Of a stretch of 64,000 nucleotides of DNA, positions 49,332-59,349 are shown piece after piece. Source of the stretch: Halobacteriovoraceae bacterium (lineage in GTDB: Bacteria > Bdellovibrionota > Bacteriovoracia > Bacteriovoracales > Bacteriovoracaceae); assembly GCA_963719505.1 (NCBI GenBank), contig CAVRCF010000001.1, positions 736,001 through 800,000 of the forward strand, in the 5' to 3' direction. A program made the position numbers and the translations under genes. Each line of letters begins with the position of its first letter. Position 1 is the first letter of the stretch. The notes beneath the pieces were generated by a model. It saw nothing but the letters and a program-made list of their open reading frames with translations. It was not told the origin of the DNA and ran no database searches.

Positions 49332-49397
49332 CTCCTTGGGTTCTATGCAAGGTCTTAGCGATCTAAAAAATTCTAAAGGTTTGAAATGATTCTATTT
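49332..49397. repeat. 66-bp imperfect direct repeat, copy B
   Basis: Matches 48596-48661; overlaps the stop codon of the GT4 gene. Confidence 0.9.
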
Positions 49398-50519
49398 TAT
49401 AAAAGGAACAATGATTCTTTCAAAAAGATCGGGAAGTTTTGATTCAAAAACGGCACTTGCCGATTGAGCATTTTGTCTTGAGACCTCTGCTCTTAAATCC
49501 GCATCACTGAGAAGGGTTTGCATCAGCTGCGCCAGCTCGTGATCATTTTCTCCAGAGTAGATAAAGTTTTTTGACTTTCCCTCTAAAAGTTCGCTCGCCC
49601 CAACCCAGTTGGTTGTTATGACAGGAGCCCCGCAAGCCATGGCTTCGGCCACGACGCGGCCAAATTCTTCAATCCTTGCTGGTAAAACAAAAATATCTAG
49701 AGCGTTAAAATACTCTTCCACATGATGAATAACGGGCAGAAGCTTAACTCTATTTTTATAGGGACTTTGATCTAAGATGCTTTGAAATTCAGCTGGAAGC
49801 GTGTCTTTTCCCACGAAAACAAAATGACATTTTCGAGCGATCTCTTTTGGAAGAAGATTGATGGCGTTAAAAAATCTGTCCACTCCGCGCTTTTTAAAAT
49901 TTCCAGAAGTAATAAGACCGACTAAAAATTCATCCTCTTCCACTCCTAGCTGCTCTCTTTTATTATCGCGAATCTCTTTTGAGAGAACTTGAAATTGAGT
50001 CTCATCCACAGCGGGATAAATCACTGAGATATCTTTTTCCGGAATTTCAAATCTTTTTATCATCTCATTTTTCACAAGCTTGGAGTTGGCAATAAGATGC
50101 TTAAACTTTTGATTTTTAAAGATGGGGGTATGAATCTTGTACATTTCATCTTCTCTTGAAAGTACCGTCACCATGAACTTTTTCACTGAAGTGAGATGCA
50201 CACAATTGTGAACAAAGTGAATATCTGGATTTTGATAATCTCCGTGACCGATCACAAGGTTGGGCTTTAGCTTCTTGGCAAGATCTCGAGTTTGATTTGA
50301 AAACTGCAGACGCCTTTTAAACTTCTTTTGCCAAGGCCATCTAAAGGATTTATGGCTAGTTGCGCCACTGGCCTTAATATCACCCACATTTGGGTCCTCT
50401 GAGATAGTATGCACTTCATATCCAGCTGACTTAAAATACTTTATTTCCTCATGCACACTTCTAGTAGCACCGGAATAAGTTTTGGCCAAATTTTGCTTTG
50501 AAATGAGTATTTTCTTCAT
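49392..50519 (-). CDS. Glycosyltransferase family 4
   Basis: GNFKKRG; EEFGRVVAEAMACG.PVI. Confidence 0.92.
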   Translation of the reverse strand: MKKILISKQNLAKTYSGATRSVHEEIKYFKSAGYEVHTISEDPNVGDIKASGATSHKSFRWPWQKKFKRRLQFSNQTRDLAKKLKPNLVIGHGDYQNPDIHFVHNCVHLTSVKKFMVTVLSREDEMYKIHTPIFKNQKFKHLIANSKLVKNEMIKRFEIPEKDISVIYPAVDETQFQVLSKEIRDNKREQLGVEEDEFLVGLITSGNFKKRGVDRFFNAINLLPKEIARKCHFVFVGKDTLPAEFQSILDQSPYKNRVKLLPVIHHVEEYFNALDIFVLPARIEEFGRVVAEAMACGAPVITTNWVGASELLEGKSKNFIYSGENDHELAQLMQTLLSDADLRAEVSRQNAQSASAVFESKLPDLFERIIVPFIK

Positions 50520-50676
50520 ATTAATAGTGTAGACTTTAAGAGCTACTTTGAGAACATCTATTCAAATACTTATCCCATATTTAGAGCTAGAAAAATCTTT
50601 TAAACCATGGTAACTAAATCGTTCATATATACCGCTATAATATAACTTTAGAACTAAATAGGGAGAACGAAGAGAT

Positions 50677-52068
50677 ATGGTTTTTACTTCCTTTGTTTTT
50701 CTTTTTCTCTTTTTGCCTTTTTGTCTCATAACACTTTTTTTAATCCCAAAAAAATACAGACATATCCAACTCCTTTTTATGAGCCTTGTCTTTTATGGTT
50801 ATTGGCGTCTGGATTTTATTCTTTTAATCATTGTCTCAACACTGGTTGATTTCTATTGTGGAATAAAAATTTTTGAAAGTACCGGGGATAGAAGAAAGCA
50901 TTTCTTAGCTCTTTCAGTTATTTTCAACTTAAGTCTCTTAGCCTATTTTAAATACTTCAATTTTGGGATCGAAAATTTAAACCTAATACTGAACGAATTT
51001 GGAATGACCTCACTTGGGCGTTATTCTATTTTACTACCTGTGGGGATCTCATTTTTTACCTTTCAGACCATGTCGTACTCCATTGATATTTATAGGAAAG
51101 AAGTTGAGCCAACTTATGATCTTCTAAAATTTGGTACTTATGTTTCAATGTTCCCTCAATTGGTGGCAGGACCTATTGTTAGATATTCAGAAATCCAAAA
51201 ACAATTAAAAAACTTCCACTCAAATATGCAAATTAAAGAGGGATTGGCTTTATTTGCTCTGGGCTTTAATAAAAAAGTATTAATCGCTAATAACGTCTCT
51301 GAGGTTAGTGATTTTGCCTTTAAAGTAGGGGGCGGAGATAATATAACCGCGATTATTGGTGCTGTGGCCTACACTCTACAAATCTATTTTGATTTCTCTG
51401 GCTACTCAGATATGGCAATAGGCCTTGGAAGGATGTTTGGTTTTGAATTCCCAATAAACTTTAACTCACCTTATCGATCTAAAAATATTACTGATTTTTG
51501 GAATCGATGGCATATGAGTCTCTCTAGGTGGTTTCGAGATTACCTCTATATTCCTCTAGGCGGGAATAGAGGAAGCTCTTTGACGACTTATAGAAATCTT
51601 TTTTTAGTCATGTTTTTATGCGGCTTGTGGCACGGAGCAGCTTGGACATTTATTATTTGGGGTTTATTTCATTCCTTACTCCTAATCCTAGAGAGATTAA
51701 ATGGAAGACGAGCTCTGGGGTACCACTGGTTACCAAAACCTTTAATGAGCACGGTAACGTTTTTTATTGTCATTGTGAGTTGGATTCCTTTTAGAGCTGA
51801 AAACCTTGGGCAGCTCACTCACTATATGGGAGCATTTTTTAATAGTGTGCCAGACTTAAAGCGCTCAATGATATTTGAAATCCTTGACGTAGAAAAACAG
51901 ATTTTTTTGATTTTGGGTTTAGTCCTCTGTCTTGGTTTTAAAAACATCTACAATGTAAGTGATAGGAGGCGTAAGAGTCTTTACATATTCAACCTGGGAA
52001 TTTTTATATTTGCTATTCATGAACTGATGTTGCAAGAATTTAATCCCTTTCTTTATTTTAATTTTTGA
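50677..52068 (+). CDS. MBOAT O-acyltransferase (AlgI/PatA-like), intact
   Basis: LPVGISFFTFQ, FPQLVAGPI, DFSGYSDMA, FWNRWH, GLWHGA, terminal NPFLYFNF. Confidence 0.93.
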   Translation: MVFTSFVFLFLFLPFCLITLFLIPKKYRHIQLLFMSLVFYGYWRLDFILLIIVSTLVDFYCGIKIFESTGDRRKHFLALSVIFNLSLLAYFKYFNFGIENLNLILNEFGMTSLGRYSILLPVGISFFTFQTMSYSIDIYRKEVEPTYDLLKFGTYVSMFPQLVAGPIVRYSEIQKQLKNFHSNMQIKEGLALFALGFNKKVLIANNVSEVSDFAFKVGGGDNITAIIGAVAYTLQIYFDFSGYSDMAIGLGRMFGFEFPINFNSPYRSKNITDFWNRWHMSLSRWFRDYLYIPLGGNRGSSLTTYRNLFLVMFLCGLWHGAAWTFIIWGLFHSLLLILERLNGRRALGYHWLPKPLMSTVTFFIVIVSWIPFRAENLGQLTHYMGAFFNSVPDLKRSMIFEILDVEKQIFLILGLVLCLGFKNIYNVSDRRRKSLYIFNLGIFIFAIHELMLQEFNPFLYFNF

Positions 52069-52070
52069 TC

Positions 52071-53507
52071 ATGAAAAACGTTAAAAAAGTGATATTTAAT
52101 TTTTTGTTCCTTTGCGTGATACTTTTTATCGCGACTCAGATTCCTTTGAGCTTTATGTTTGTGGAAGATATAAAGTTGCCCACCCTGAGTTTTTCGAAAC
52201 TTAGAAATGGAGAGTTTGGTGTCGATTTAGAAAAAACAATGAAAAATAGCTCGTATCTTTCAGAAGTGACAAGCAAAAATTATAAATCCTTTATTGAAAA
52301 AATAGTTAAAAGACCCAATAAAAATGTTTTGATTGGTGAAGATGACTTCCTGTTTTTGAAAAAAGAAACTGATGAGCTACCTGCCATTTATCTTGAAGAG
52401 AAAGTGAGTAAAATAACAAAGAATCTTGCTCTTTATAATGATCTTTTTGAAAAAAATGGGATTAAGCTCATCCTTGTTATTCTGCCCAATCGATCGAGGC
52501 TTTATAAAGAACTAGCTTACAAAAATAAAGAAATACCGGAAGTAAGAAAAAAATCTTTTTTAAAAGTTTTGGATGAACTCAAAGGTAAAAATATCGATTT
52601 TATTGAACTTAGTCCATTTATGATAAATGCAAGTAAAGAGCTAAAAGATCCTGTCTTTTTTAGAATTGATCATCACTGGACTTGGCGATTTGTTGAATGG
52701 CTAACACCTCGCTTATTGTCGGAATTATCTCTTTCATTAAATGAGGAGATTATAAACCCTAAAAAAATATTCGATATAAAATGGACAACGATAGTTAATG
52801 AGCATGACAAAATTTTAAGAAAGCTAGGTTACGCTAGAAATCTTGTACCTAATCGATTTAAGCACAAACAAGAAGTACCAGTCTTTAGTCCAGATAGAGA
52901 TAAATTACAAATAAATGCAGAAAATAAACTCCTCATGGTTTCATCTAGTTATGGAAGGTATGGAGTGGTTGAGCACTTCTCCAATAAGCTGGGTTACGCT
53001 ATGCCTTATTATATTGGAAGAGGTAAGGGTCCTCTGTGGGGCATGAATGCAGCAATCCAAAGAAATATAAGTCAGGGATACAAGTATGGAAAGCCCAAGG
53101 CCGTTATGTGGATTTTGTCAGAGTCTGAGGTCCTTAAAATGGATGATATTCTCAATATTCCTAAAGTCGCTGATGTGGATAAGCTAAAGTCAGCTCCATT
53201 TTCTATAAGCAGTGTTGAGAACAGTAATGGTTCAACTGAACTTAGCCACGTAAACGGACAAATTGACCTTAAGTTAAGTGTTCCTCGATCGAATTCTATG
53301 TACTTTGTTAAATTAGCTCTTTTTGCTACGAAGGAGCAGTCATTACTAAAAATAGGTTCTAAAAATTACGAATTTTTTCAAGATGGTGGCGACCACTACT
53401 TTCCGGCAAGAGCGAAGAATGGAGAGATAGAGATTAGACTTACTACGCCATTTGATAAAAAAGTTGATGAGAAAAGAGAATTAAAGGTTTTAGGGGTTTA
53501 TTATTAG
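52071..53507 (+). CDS. AlgJ/AlgX-like SGNH O-acetyltransferase with C-terminal beta domain
   Basis: N-terminal TM, VLIG....LF, FFRIDHHW (DxH), SSY; follows the MBOAT gene. Confidence 0.72.
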   Translation: MKNVKKVIFNFLFLCVILFIATQIPLSFMFVEDIKLPTLSFSKLRNGEFGVDLEKTMKNSSYLSEVTSKNYKSFIEKIVKRPNKNVLIGEDDFLFLKKETDELPAIYLEEKVSKITKNLALYNDLFEKNGIKLILVILPNRSRLYKELAYKNKEIPEVRKKSFLKVLDELKGKNIDFIELSPFMINASKELKDPVFFRIDHHWTWRFVEWLTPRLLSELSLSLNEEIINPKKIFDIKWTTIVNEHDKILRKLGYARNLVPNRFKHKQEVPVFSPDRDKLQINAENKLLMVSSSYGRYGVVEHFSNKLGYAMPYYIGRGKGPLWGMNAAIQRNISQGYKYGKPKAVMWILSESEVLKMDDILNIPKVADVDKLKSAPFSISSVENSNGSTELSHVNGQIDLKLSVPRSNSMYFVKLALFATKEQSLLKIGSKNYEFFQDGGDHYFPARAKNGEIEIRLTTPFDKKVDEKRELKVLGVYY

Positions 53508-53554
53508 TTGTCTCATTTAGGGCTAATAAAAACAAAAGTCTACTAAATTTCATT

Positions 53555-53812
53555 TTGGGGCTTGCTCCCGTTGTGACGATTATCTTTTTAATCCTCAATA
53601 TTTCATATGCTAATGGGGGCTTTGATAAAGGATTTCCAAAGCTTACCAAGATCTATAAGGCCCGAGTTCTTGGTGTGGTAGAAAAAGGGGAAGTTCAAAA
53701 GCCTCTTACAAAAAAAGACTATTACAAATACCCTCTCACTGCGTCAGCTAGGATTGAGAGATATTTCTATATTCCAGGTCTGGCTTCCTTTTTCTGGGAT
53801 GGATTCTTTTAA
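53555..53812 (+). CDS. Small hypothetical membrane protein
   Basis: 85-aa ORF with hydrophobic N-terminus, co-oriented with the operon; start uncertain. Confidence 0.4.
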   Translation: MGLAPVVTIIFLILNISYANGGFDKGFPKLTKIYKARVLGVVEKGEVQKPLTKKDYYKYPLTASARIERYFYIPGLASFFWDGFF

Positions 53813-53963
53813 AATTTCGACGAAAAAACAATACAGAGCTTAATTATAGAGTTTTTAGATTTTTGATTCCTGCGGATCTGTCTTGGTATATGTTGGTTTA
53901 TGAGCATACAGTCGTTCACCAAGTTGCTGGGAGTTATAGTTATTTTTTATGGATGATCTTTTT

Positions 53964-55079
53964 CTATTTATTCAAGTTATAATACAAAGTTAATTCGTTG
54001 ATTCTTTTTTCAAGTAAATCTACATTTCTTTCAACTATCAATAAATAGACGTATTCTTCATCTAAACTTTGAAAAGCATTTTTAACTTTGGGCGAAAGGA
54101 TATTTACCAAGTGAACCATGCCTACTTTGTAAAAAGAATCGAATAAACCTACTCGCTGCATAGTGTTGGTGAAAGAATCTCTTACTATCAAAATATTTTT
54201 TCCATTTATAATCTGATGATTAGTTACTATCTCTGGACCTAAACTTTGATCTATATATTTAGAATTATCAGGTGTATTATATTTAAAATCATAATCACTA
54301 GAATTATAGTTAGTTGACTCCGGAATGTAGTCTTTTTTTTCTAAAATAAAAGGTAGTTTCGAAATTTTTACTAAATCTAGATTTCCAGTGGCTGCTATAG
54401 TGTAATCTATGCAATTAAACTTATTAGAACTATTTAAGATGGCTTCTCGTATTTTTTTTAAGGCAACATATGCTCCAATTTGGTTCCAATGAGTGTCTGT
54501 TTTGTAGTAAATTAAATCTCCACAGCGTTCTTTATAGTCCATGAGTGTCGAGAATAAATCAATGTAGTTTTTATTTTTGAAATTAGAGATAGTAACCTTT
54601 TTTTGCCTCCTTATCTTTAATGGTAGAAATTCTGAGTATATTGAGCTTTTATTTGGTGCAATTGAAAAATAAAATTTTTTGCCGTGTTTCTCTTCTAGTA
54701 GCATACTAAAACGTTCGATCTTTTTTGAGAGTGACTCTAGATCCAAAGGATGCAAACCTTTAAATCTGTCAATGTTTGAGATATAATCTTTACCAAGAAA
54801 TATCCAGTCATTATTCCCTAAAATTGATTTATTAGCATTAATTGTTTTATTGAATATAAAGTATTTTATCCAAACCAAGGCATTTATAAAATCATTTCTA
54901 AATAAATATTGATCTCGAATATATAGTTTTAAGTTTTTATAATCCTCTTCTCGTACTCTGTTCTCTAGGCTTTGAAATTTGACTTTCGATACCTTTGCAA
55001 AATGCGTGTCCTTAAATATTATTCCAACTAAGGGGAGAAAAAGAATAAAACAAAAAATAAAAATATAAATTTTTTTCAT
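53964..55079 (-). CDS. AlgJ-like (DHHW/ALGX family) O-acetyltransferase
   Basis: TM anchor, ENR, APNK, YYKTDTHWN, RDSF. Confidence 0.82.
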   Translation of the reverse strand: MKKIYIFIFCFILFLPLVGIIFKDTHFAKVSKVKFQSLENRVREEDYKNLKLYIRDQYLFRNDFINALVWIKYFIFNKTINANKSILGNNDWIFLGKDYISNIDRFKGLHPLDLESLSKKIERFSMLLEEKHGKKFYFSIAPNKSSIYSEFLPLKIRRQKKVTISNFKNKNYIDLFSTLMDYKERCGDLIYYKTDTHWNQIGAYVALKKIREAILNSSNKFNCIDYTIAATGNLDLVKISKLPFILEKKDYIPESTNYNSSDYDFKYNTPDNSKYIDQSLGPEIVTNHQIINGKNILIVRDSFTNTMQRVGLFDSFYKVGMVHLVNILSPKVKNAFQSLDEEYVYLLIVERNVDLLEKRINELTLYYNLNK

Positions 55080-55262
55080 TTAAAACCTAAAATATATAAA
55101 TGGGTTATAGGTTGCTCCAGATAAATAAATAATACTAATAAGGAGTAGTGATAAGCTTAAAATTGAATCAATGAATAACTTATAATTATTGATCAGTCTA
55201 AGTCTTGTTGTTAAAAATGTTCGTGACCCCCTTTTGACGGCTACCTCTTAACGGAGGAAAAA

Positions 55263-55628
55263 ATGGAAAGAAAAAGAAGAAGATTTACCGAAGATCAAAA
55301 AATCCAAATTCTACAGGAACATCGTTCAAAAGGTGTTCCAATTTCAGTTTTAGCACGAGTCCATGATATAAATGCAGTAACTTTATACCAATGGAAAAGA
55401 GCTATGAAAGACAAACCTGATACTAATATCGATGTTGCTGACCTTTTGAAACAAATTGATCAACTTAAAAAAGACAAAGATAAACTACTCAAGAAAGTTG
55501 GTGAATCTACCCTCAGAGAAGAGGTCGCTCAGGATATCATCGATTTTTATAAAAAAAAGATCTTGGAACAGGAGTTGATCGAGCAAAAGAATTCATCAAA
55601 CTCAAAAAGAAAGGATCAAAAAAAATGA
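55263..55628 (+). CDS. IS3 transposase OrfA (HTH)
   Basis: RRRFTEDQK...LARVHDI...TLYQWK; A8G slippery site at 55551-55559. Confidence 0.9.
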   Translation: MERKRRRFTEDQKIQILQEHRSKGVPISVLARVHDINAVTLYQWKRAMKDKPDTNIDVADLLKQIDQLKKDKDKLLKKVGESTLREEVAQDIIDFYKKKILEQELIEQKNSSNSKRKDQKK

Positions 55629-56428
55629 TCTGTGAAATGTTTGGAGTCCACTCAAAATCAATTTATAAAACGACTAGCTCAAAGAAATTTTACTTTAAAG
55701 CTGAAGATGGAGAAATACTAAGCCAGATTAGGTCAATTGTTTCCTTACGACCAACTTATGGTTATAAACGAGTTACGGCCATGGTCAATCGTCTTCGACT
55801 TACTCTGGGGCATCCAAGGCTTAATAAGAAGCGTATCTACAGGATCATGAGAGTGAATGGACTTCTTCTTCCAAAGTCTGCTGTGACGAGAACTCACACT
55901 CCAACTGGCAAAGTAATGACTCTGCATTCAAATACAAGGTGGTGCAGTGATTGTTTTGAGATTAAGTGCTTTAACGGAGAAAAAGTTTTTGTTTCTTTTG
56001 TTTTAGATACATGTGACAGAGAGGTTCTCTCATTTGTAGCTTCAAAATCACCACTGCTTGCGACTGATATTGAGAGTCTGATGCTGAAAGCAGTTAAATA
56101 CAGGTTTAAAGATTACAAAACTTTGAGAACGATAGAATTTTTATCGGATAGAGGAAGTATTTATCGAGCCCATTCTGTTAAGAATTTGGCGAACCATCTT
56201 GGTTTAAAAAGCTGTTATACAGCTGCCTATAGCCCAGAATCAAATGGAATGAGTGAAGCTTTTGTGAAAACGATCAAGCGAGACTATGTCTACAACAGCG
56301 ACTGTTACAGTGCGGATGTAGTGCTGAAGATGATCAAGGGTTGGATGAAAGATTATAATGAAATAGCACCTCATTCAGGGCTTGGCATGTTGAGCCCGAA
56401 AGAGTATTTATTAGAAAATCAAAGGTAG
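55553..56428 (+). CDS. IS3 transposase OrfB (DDE), probably reached by -1 frameshift
   Basis: YGYKR, WCSD, SDRGS.Y, NGMSE. The -1 frame is open from 55553 (first ATG 55625). Confidence 0.9.
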   Translation, partial: KKDLGTGVDRAKEFIKLKKKGSKKMICEMFGVHSKSIYKTTSSKKFYFKAEDGEILSQIRSIVSLRPTYGYKRVTAMVNRLRLTLGHPRLNKKRIYRIMRVNGLLLPKSAVTRTHTPTGKVMTLHSNTRWCSDCFEIKCFNGEKVFVSFVLDTCDREVLSFVASKSPLLATDIESLMLKAVKYRFKDYKTLRTIEFLSDRGSIYRAHSVKNLANHLGLKSCYTAAYSPESNGMSEAFVKTIKRDYVYNSDCYSADVVLKMIKGWMKDYNEIAPHSGLGMLSPKEYLLENQR

Positions 56429-58119
56429 CCTAAAACGGGGTCCAATCCAAAAATTTATAGGTTGGTGCAGAAAATATAAATGCAATTATAAAGAAAAATA
56501 GAACCTCTTTGTCTATTAGGTTATTGATGCTAGAGTTGGTGTAATTACGCTGAATAGTATTATTAAAATCAAAAAGTTTTAAAACGAAATTATTTGCATA
56601 TTGAATGTTCTCCGATCTAAAATAAACCCACCCTACCATTACAACAAGCAGAGTATAGAGTCTTGTAAAAGTGTTAGGGATTTGGGAAAATAAATTTAAT
56701 AAGAATAGTTTTTCAAGTACAAGAAATAGACCATGATAGAATCCCCAAAAAACAAATGTCCAGCTTGCTCCGTGCCACAAACCGCAGAGAAAAAATACAA
56801 TAAATAAATTTCTATAATTCTTTATTATACCGACCCTATTGCCACCGAGAGGTTTGTAGACATAGTCTTTCCACCAGGTTGAAAGTGATATATGCCATCT
56901 TCTCCAAAAATCTGTCACAGATGTTGCTATATATGGATAATTAAAATTTTCGACGTATCGAAATCCAAATACACGCCCCAATCCAATAGCCATATCGGAA
57001 TATCCTGAAAAATCAAAATAAATTTGGAACGTATAAGCTATAATTCCAACCCATGCGGCCGGTACATTTAGTTCTGTAGGCACTGTTTTAAAAACTTCAT
57101 CTGCTACCAATCCACAAGTATTTGCGACTAGAACCTTTTTTGATAATCCATAACTAAATCGAACAAACCCTTCGTATATATCGCTAATGGAAACTGAATG
57201 ATTTTTTAACTGACTCTCTATGTCACGATATCTAACTATGGGGCCCGCAACTAATTGCGGAAAACAAGTGACGTAGCTTGCAAACTTAGAAAAATCTTTA
57301 GTTGCTTTAACTTCTCCCCAGTATACGTCAATTGAGTAACTCATTGATTGAAAAGTATAGAAGCTTATACCGAGAGGCAGGCTAACGTGCCGCATGAAGT
57401 TCAGAGCTTCTTCATCAATCCCCACTGAAACTAAATTTTCTGCAATAAAACCAGCATATTTAAAATACATGAGAAGTGAAAGATTTACAGCAATACTTAA
57501 AAATAATGTATATCTTGCTTTTATTGATCCTTGATATCTGTATTTTTCTATATTCAAGCCGCAGAAAAAATCGATAACTGAACTTAACAAAATAACCCAA
57601 AGTGCTTTTGAGTCGCCCCATGCATAGAATATCGCGCTTAAAATTAGTAGAACCAAAAACTTGAATCTTTTTTTAAAGATGAAAAAAAGAGCTAAGCTGA
57701 ACGGAAGGAAAAAAAATATAAATTCAATAGAGCTAAAAACCATTTTACATCAACAAATTTGCTCCGAACAAATAGACTAAACTTAGGACTTGAGAATAAA
57801 TCACAAACCGCACAAAATATCAAATATATCTTCTTTATAGGAGAGTATTTGGATTCCTACATTTAAAATACATGCGATTGCTAAGTTTATCCTTCAAAGA
57901 GTCAAGGTCGGTACCATTAAAATCTACATAAAAATTTAAAGGGAATAGCTTTTGTGTAATAGCGCCAAAGATTAATATAATTTTAAGACTATAGAATTCT
58001 TTTTTCATACAAAGAGAGCATTAATATTTTCCAATTAATTAAGGATTTTGCTCCGCATAAGGGACAGAAAAATCTGTTTTTGTATATAATTTTTAGTTTT
58101 GCTGTTATATAAGTTTGCA

Positions 58120-59349
58120 ATGAATGAAACGGTTTTAGATGTACAAAATGTAAGTAAGATATTCTGTCGAAATATGCGTAAGAGTATGTTTTATGCTCTT
58201 GTTGATACCTTGAGAGGATTTTTAGGATTGCGGTCCCCAAGCGGAGAAGCCGACTTAAGAGAAGATGAATTTTGGGCTTTAAAAAATATAGATTTTAAGC
58301 TTAAAACAGGTGAAGTTTTGGGCATAATTGGCATGAATGGGGCAGGAAAGTCAACCTTACTCAGAGTTCTTACGGGTATATTTCCTCCTTCTGGAGGAAA
58401 AATTGTGATCAATGGAGACGTTGGAGCACTAATTGCTGTGGGTGCTGGTTTTCATCCCCATATGAGTGGGAGAGAAAATATTTATGTTAATGGTACCATT
58501 TTGGGAATGAGTAAAGAAAAAATTGATGAAATGTTTGATGAAATTGTCTCGTTTTCAGAGATAGGAGAATTTTTAGACGCCCCCATATCCACTTATTCTT
58601 CTGGTATGAAAGTTAGACTCGGATTTTCGATCGCAATTCAAAATAAGCCTAAACTTCTACTGATAGATGAGGTTTTATCTGTGGGGGATCTAAAGTTTCG
58701 AAAAAAGTGCATGAGTAAGATAGAAGAATTAAAAAAAGAATGCTCAATTATCTTTATTTCTCACAATATGAATCAAGTAAAGAGACTTTGCAATAGAATT
58801 ATTTTTATGGATAAAGGAAGAATTATATCTGATGGAGAACCCGACGCAATTATAAGTGAGTACTACAACCTATCAAACAAATCGAGTGAAGACGCTGATG
58901 TTCTTTCGATAGTGGACTCTACTTCAGATATTGAAATAGTTCAGTTTCGGTTTTATCGTCTAAAAGGGGATGTGAAAGAGTATACAAATGAGTTTTTATT
59001 TCAAGAGTTAATTAATGTCGAAGTCTGTTTTAAAAGTTTAATATCGGCAGAGCAGGCTAATATAGGATTTGCCATTGTTAATTCATCTGGTCATATTGTT
59101 GGCTCGACAAAGTCTATTAATTTAATTAAATCTCCAAAAGAAACAATTAAAAAAGGCAGAAATAGCATTGATATAAGTATTGGCAGAATTAACCTTCTTC
59201 CAGACATATATAATACTGAATTTAAGTGGAAACTTAAAAATGGTTTAGAACTCTTGCAGGGACATGGACCATCATTTACCGTCCTAGCGGAACCAGAATT
59301 GACTAACTATGATGGCATAGTAAAATTTGATGATGAGTGGTCATGGTAA
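58120..59349 (+). CDS. wzt: Polysaccharide ABC exporter ATPase with C-terminal Wzt-C-like domain
   Basis: FWALK, GMNGAGKST, YSSGM, IDEVLSVGD; long beta-rich C-terminal extension. Confidence 0.92.
   Translation: MNETVLDVQNVSKIFCRNMRKSMFYALVDTLRGFLGLRSPSGEADLREDEFWALKNIDFKLKTGEVLGIIGMNGAGKSTLLRVLTGIFPPSGGKIVINGDVGALIAVGAGFHPHMSGRENIYVNGTILGMSKEKIDEMFDEIVSFSEIGEFLDAPISTYSSGMKVRLGFSIAIQNKPKLLLIDEVLSVGDLKFRKKCMSKIEELKKECSIIFISHNMNQVKRLCNRIIFMDKGRIISDGEPDAIISEYYNLSNKSSEDADVLSIVDSTSDIEIVQFRFYRLKGDVKEYTNEFLFQELINVEVCFKSLISAEQANIGFAIVNSSGHIVGSTKSINLIKSPKETIKKGRNSIDISIGRINLLPDIYNTEFKWKLKNGLELLQGHGPSFTVLAEPELTNYDGIVKFDDEWSW

Larger units (their letters stand above)
55218..56449 (+). mobile_element. IS3-family insertion sequence (IS2-like ends), 1232 bp
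   Basis: TG...CA ends. Imperfect IRs TGTTCGTGACCCCCTTTTGACGGCTACC and TGGATTGGACCCCGTTTTAGGCTACC; AAAA target duplication. Confidence 0.92.
55080..57743 (-). pseudogene. Second MBOAT O-acyltransferase interrupted by an IS
   Basis: 5' part at 56450-57743 and 3' part at 55080-55217 (ends SGATYNPFIYFRF). They rejoin in frame once the IS and one 4-bp duplication are removed. Confidence 0.9.

Noticed and set aside
50160-50200. Possible compensated double frameshift in the GT4 gene (alternative frame EKVHG)
   Set aside because: The ORF stays open, and there is no support without an orthologue alignment.
57836-58240. Minus-strand small ORFs (83 aa with CPLC; ~57 aa MKKEFY...)
   Set aside because: One overlaps wzt; neither has a clear RBS or recognisable homology. 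AT-rich promoter DNA is more likely.
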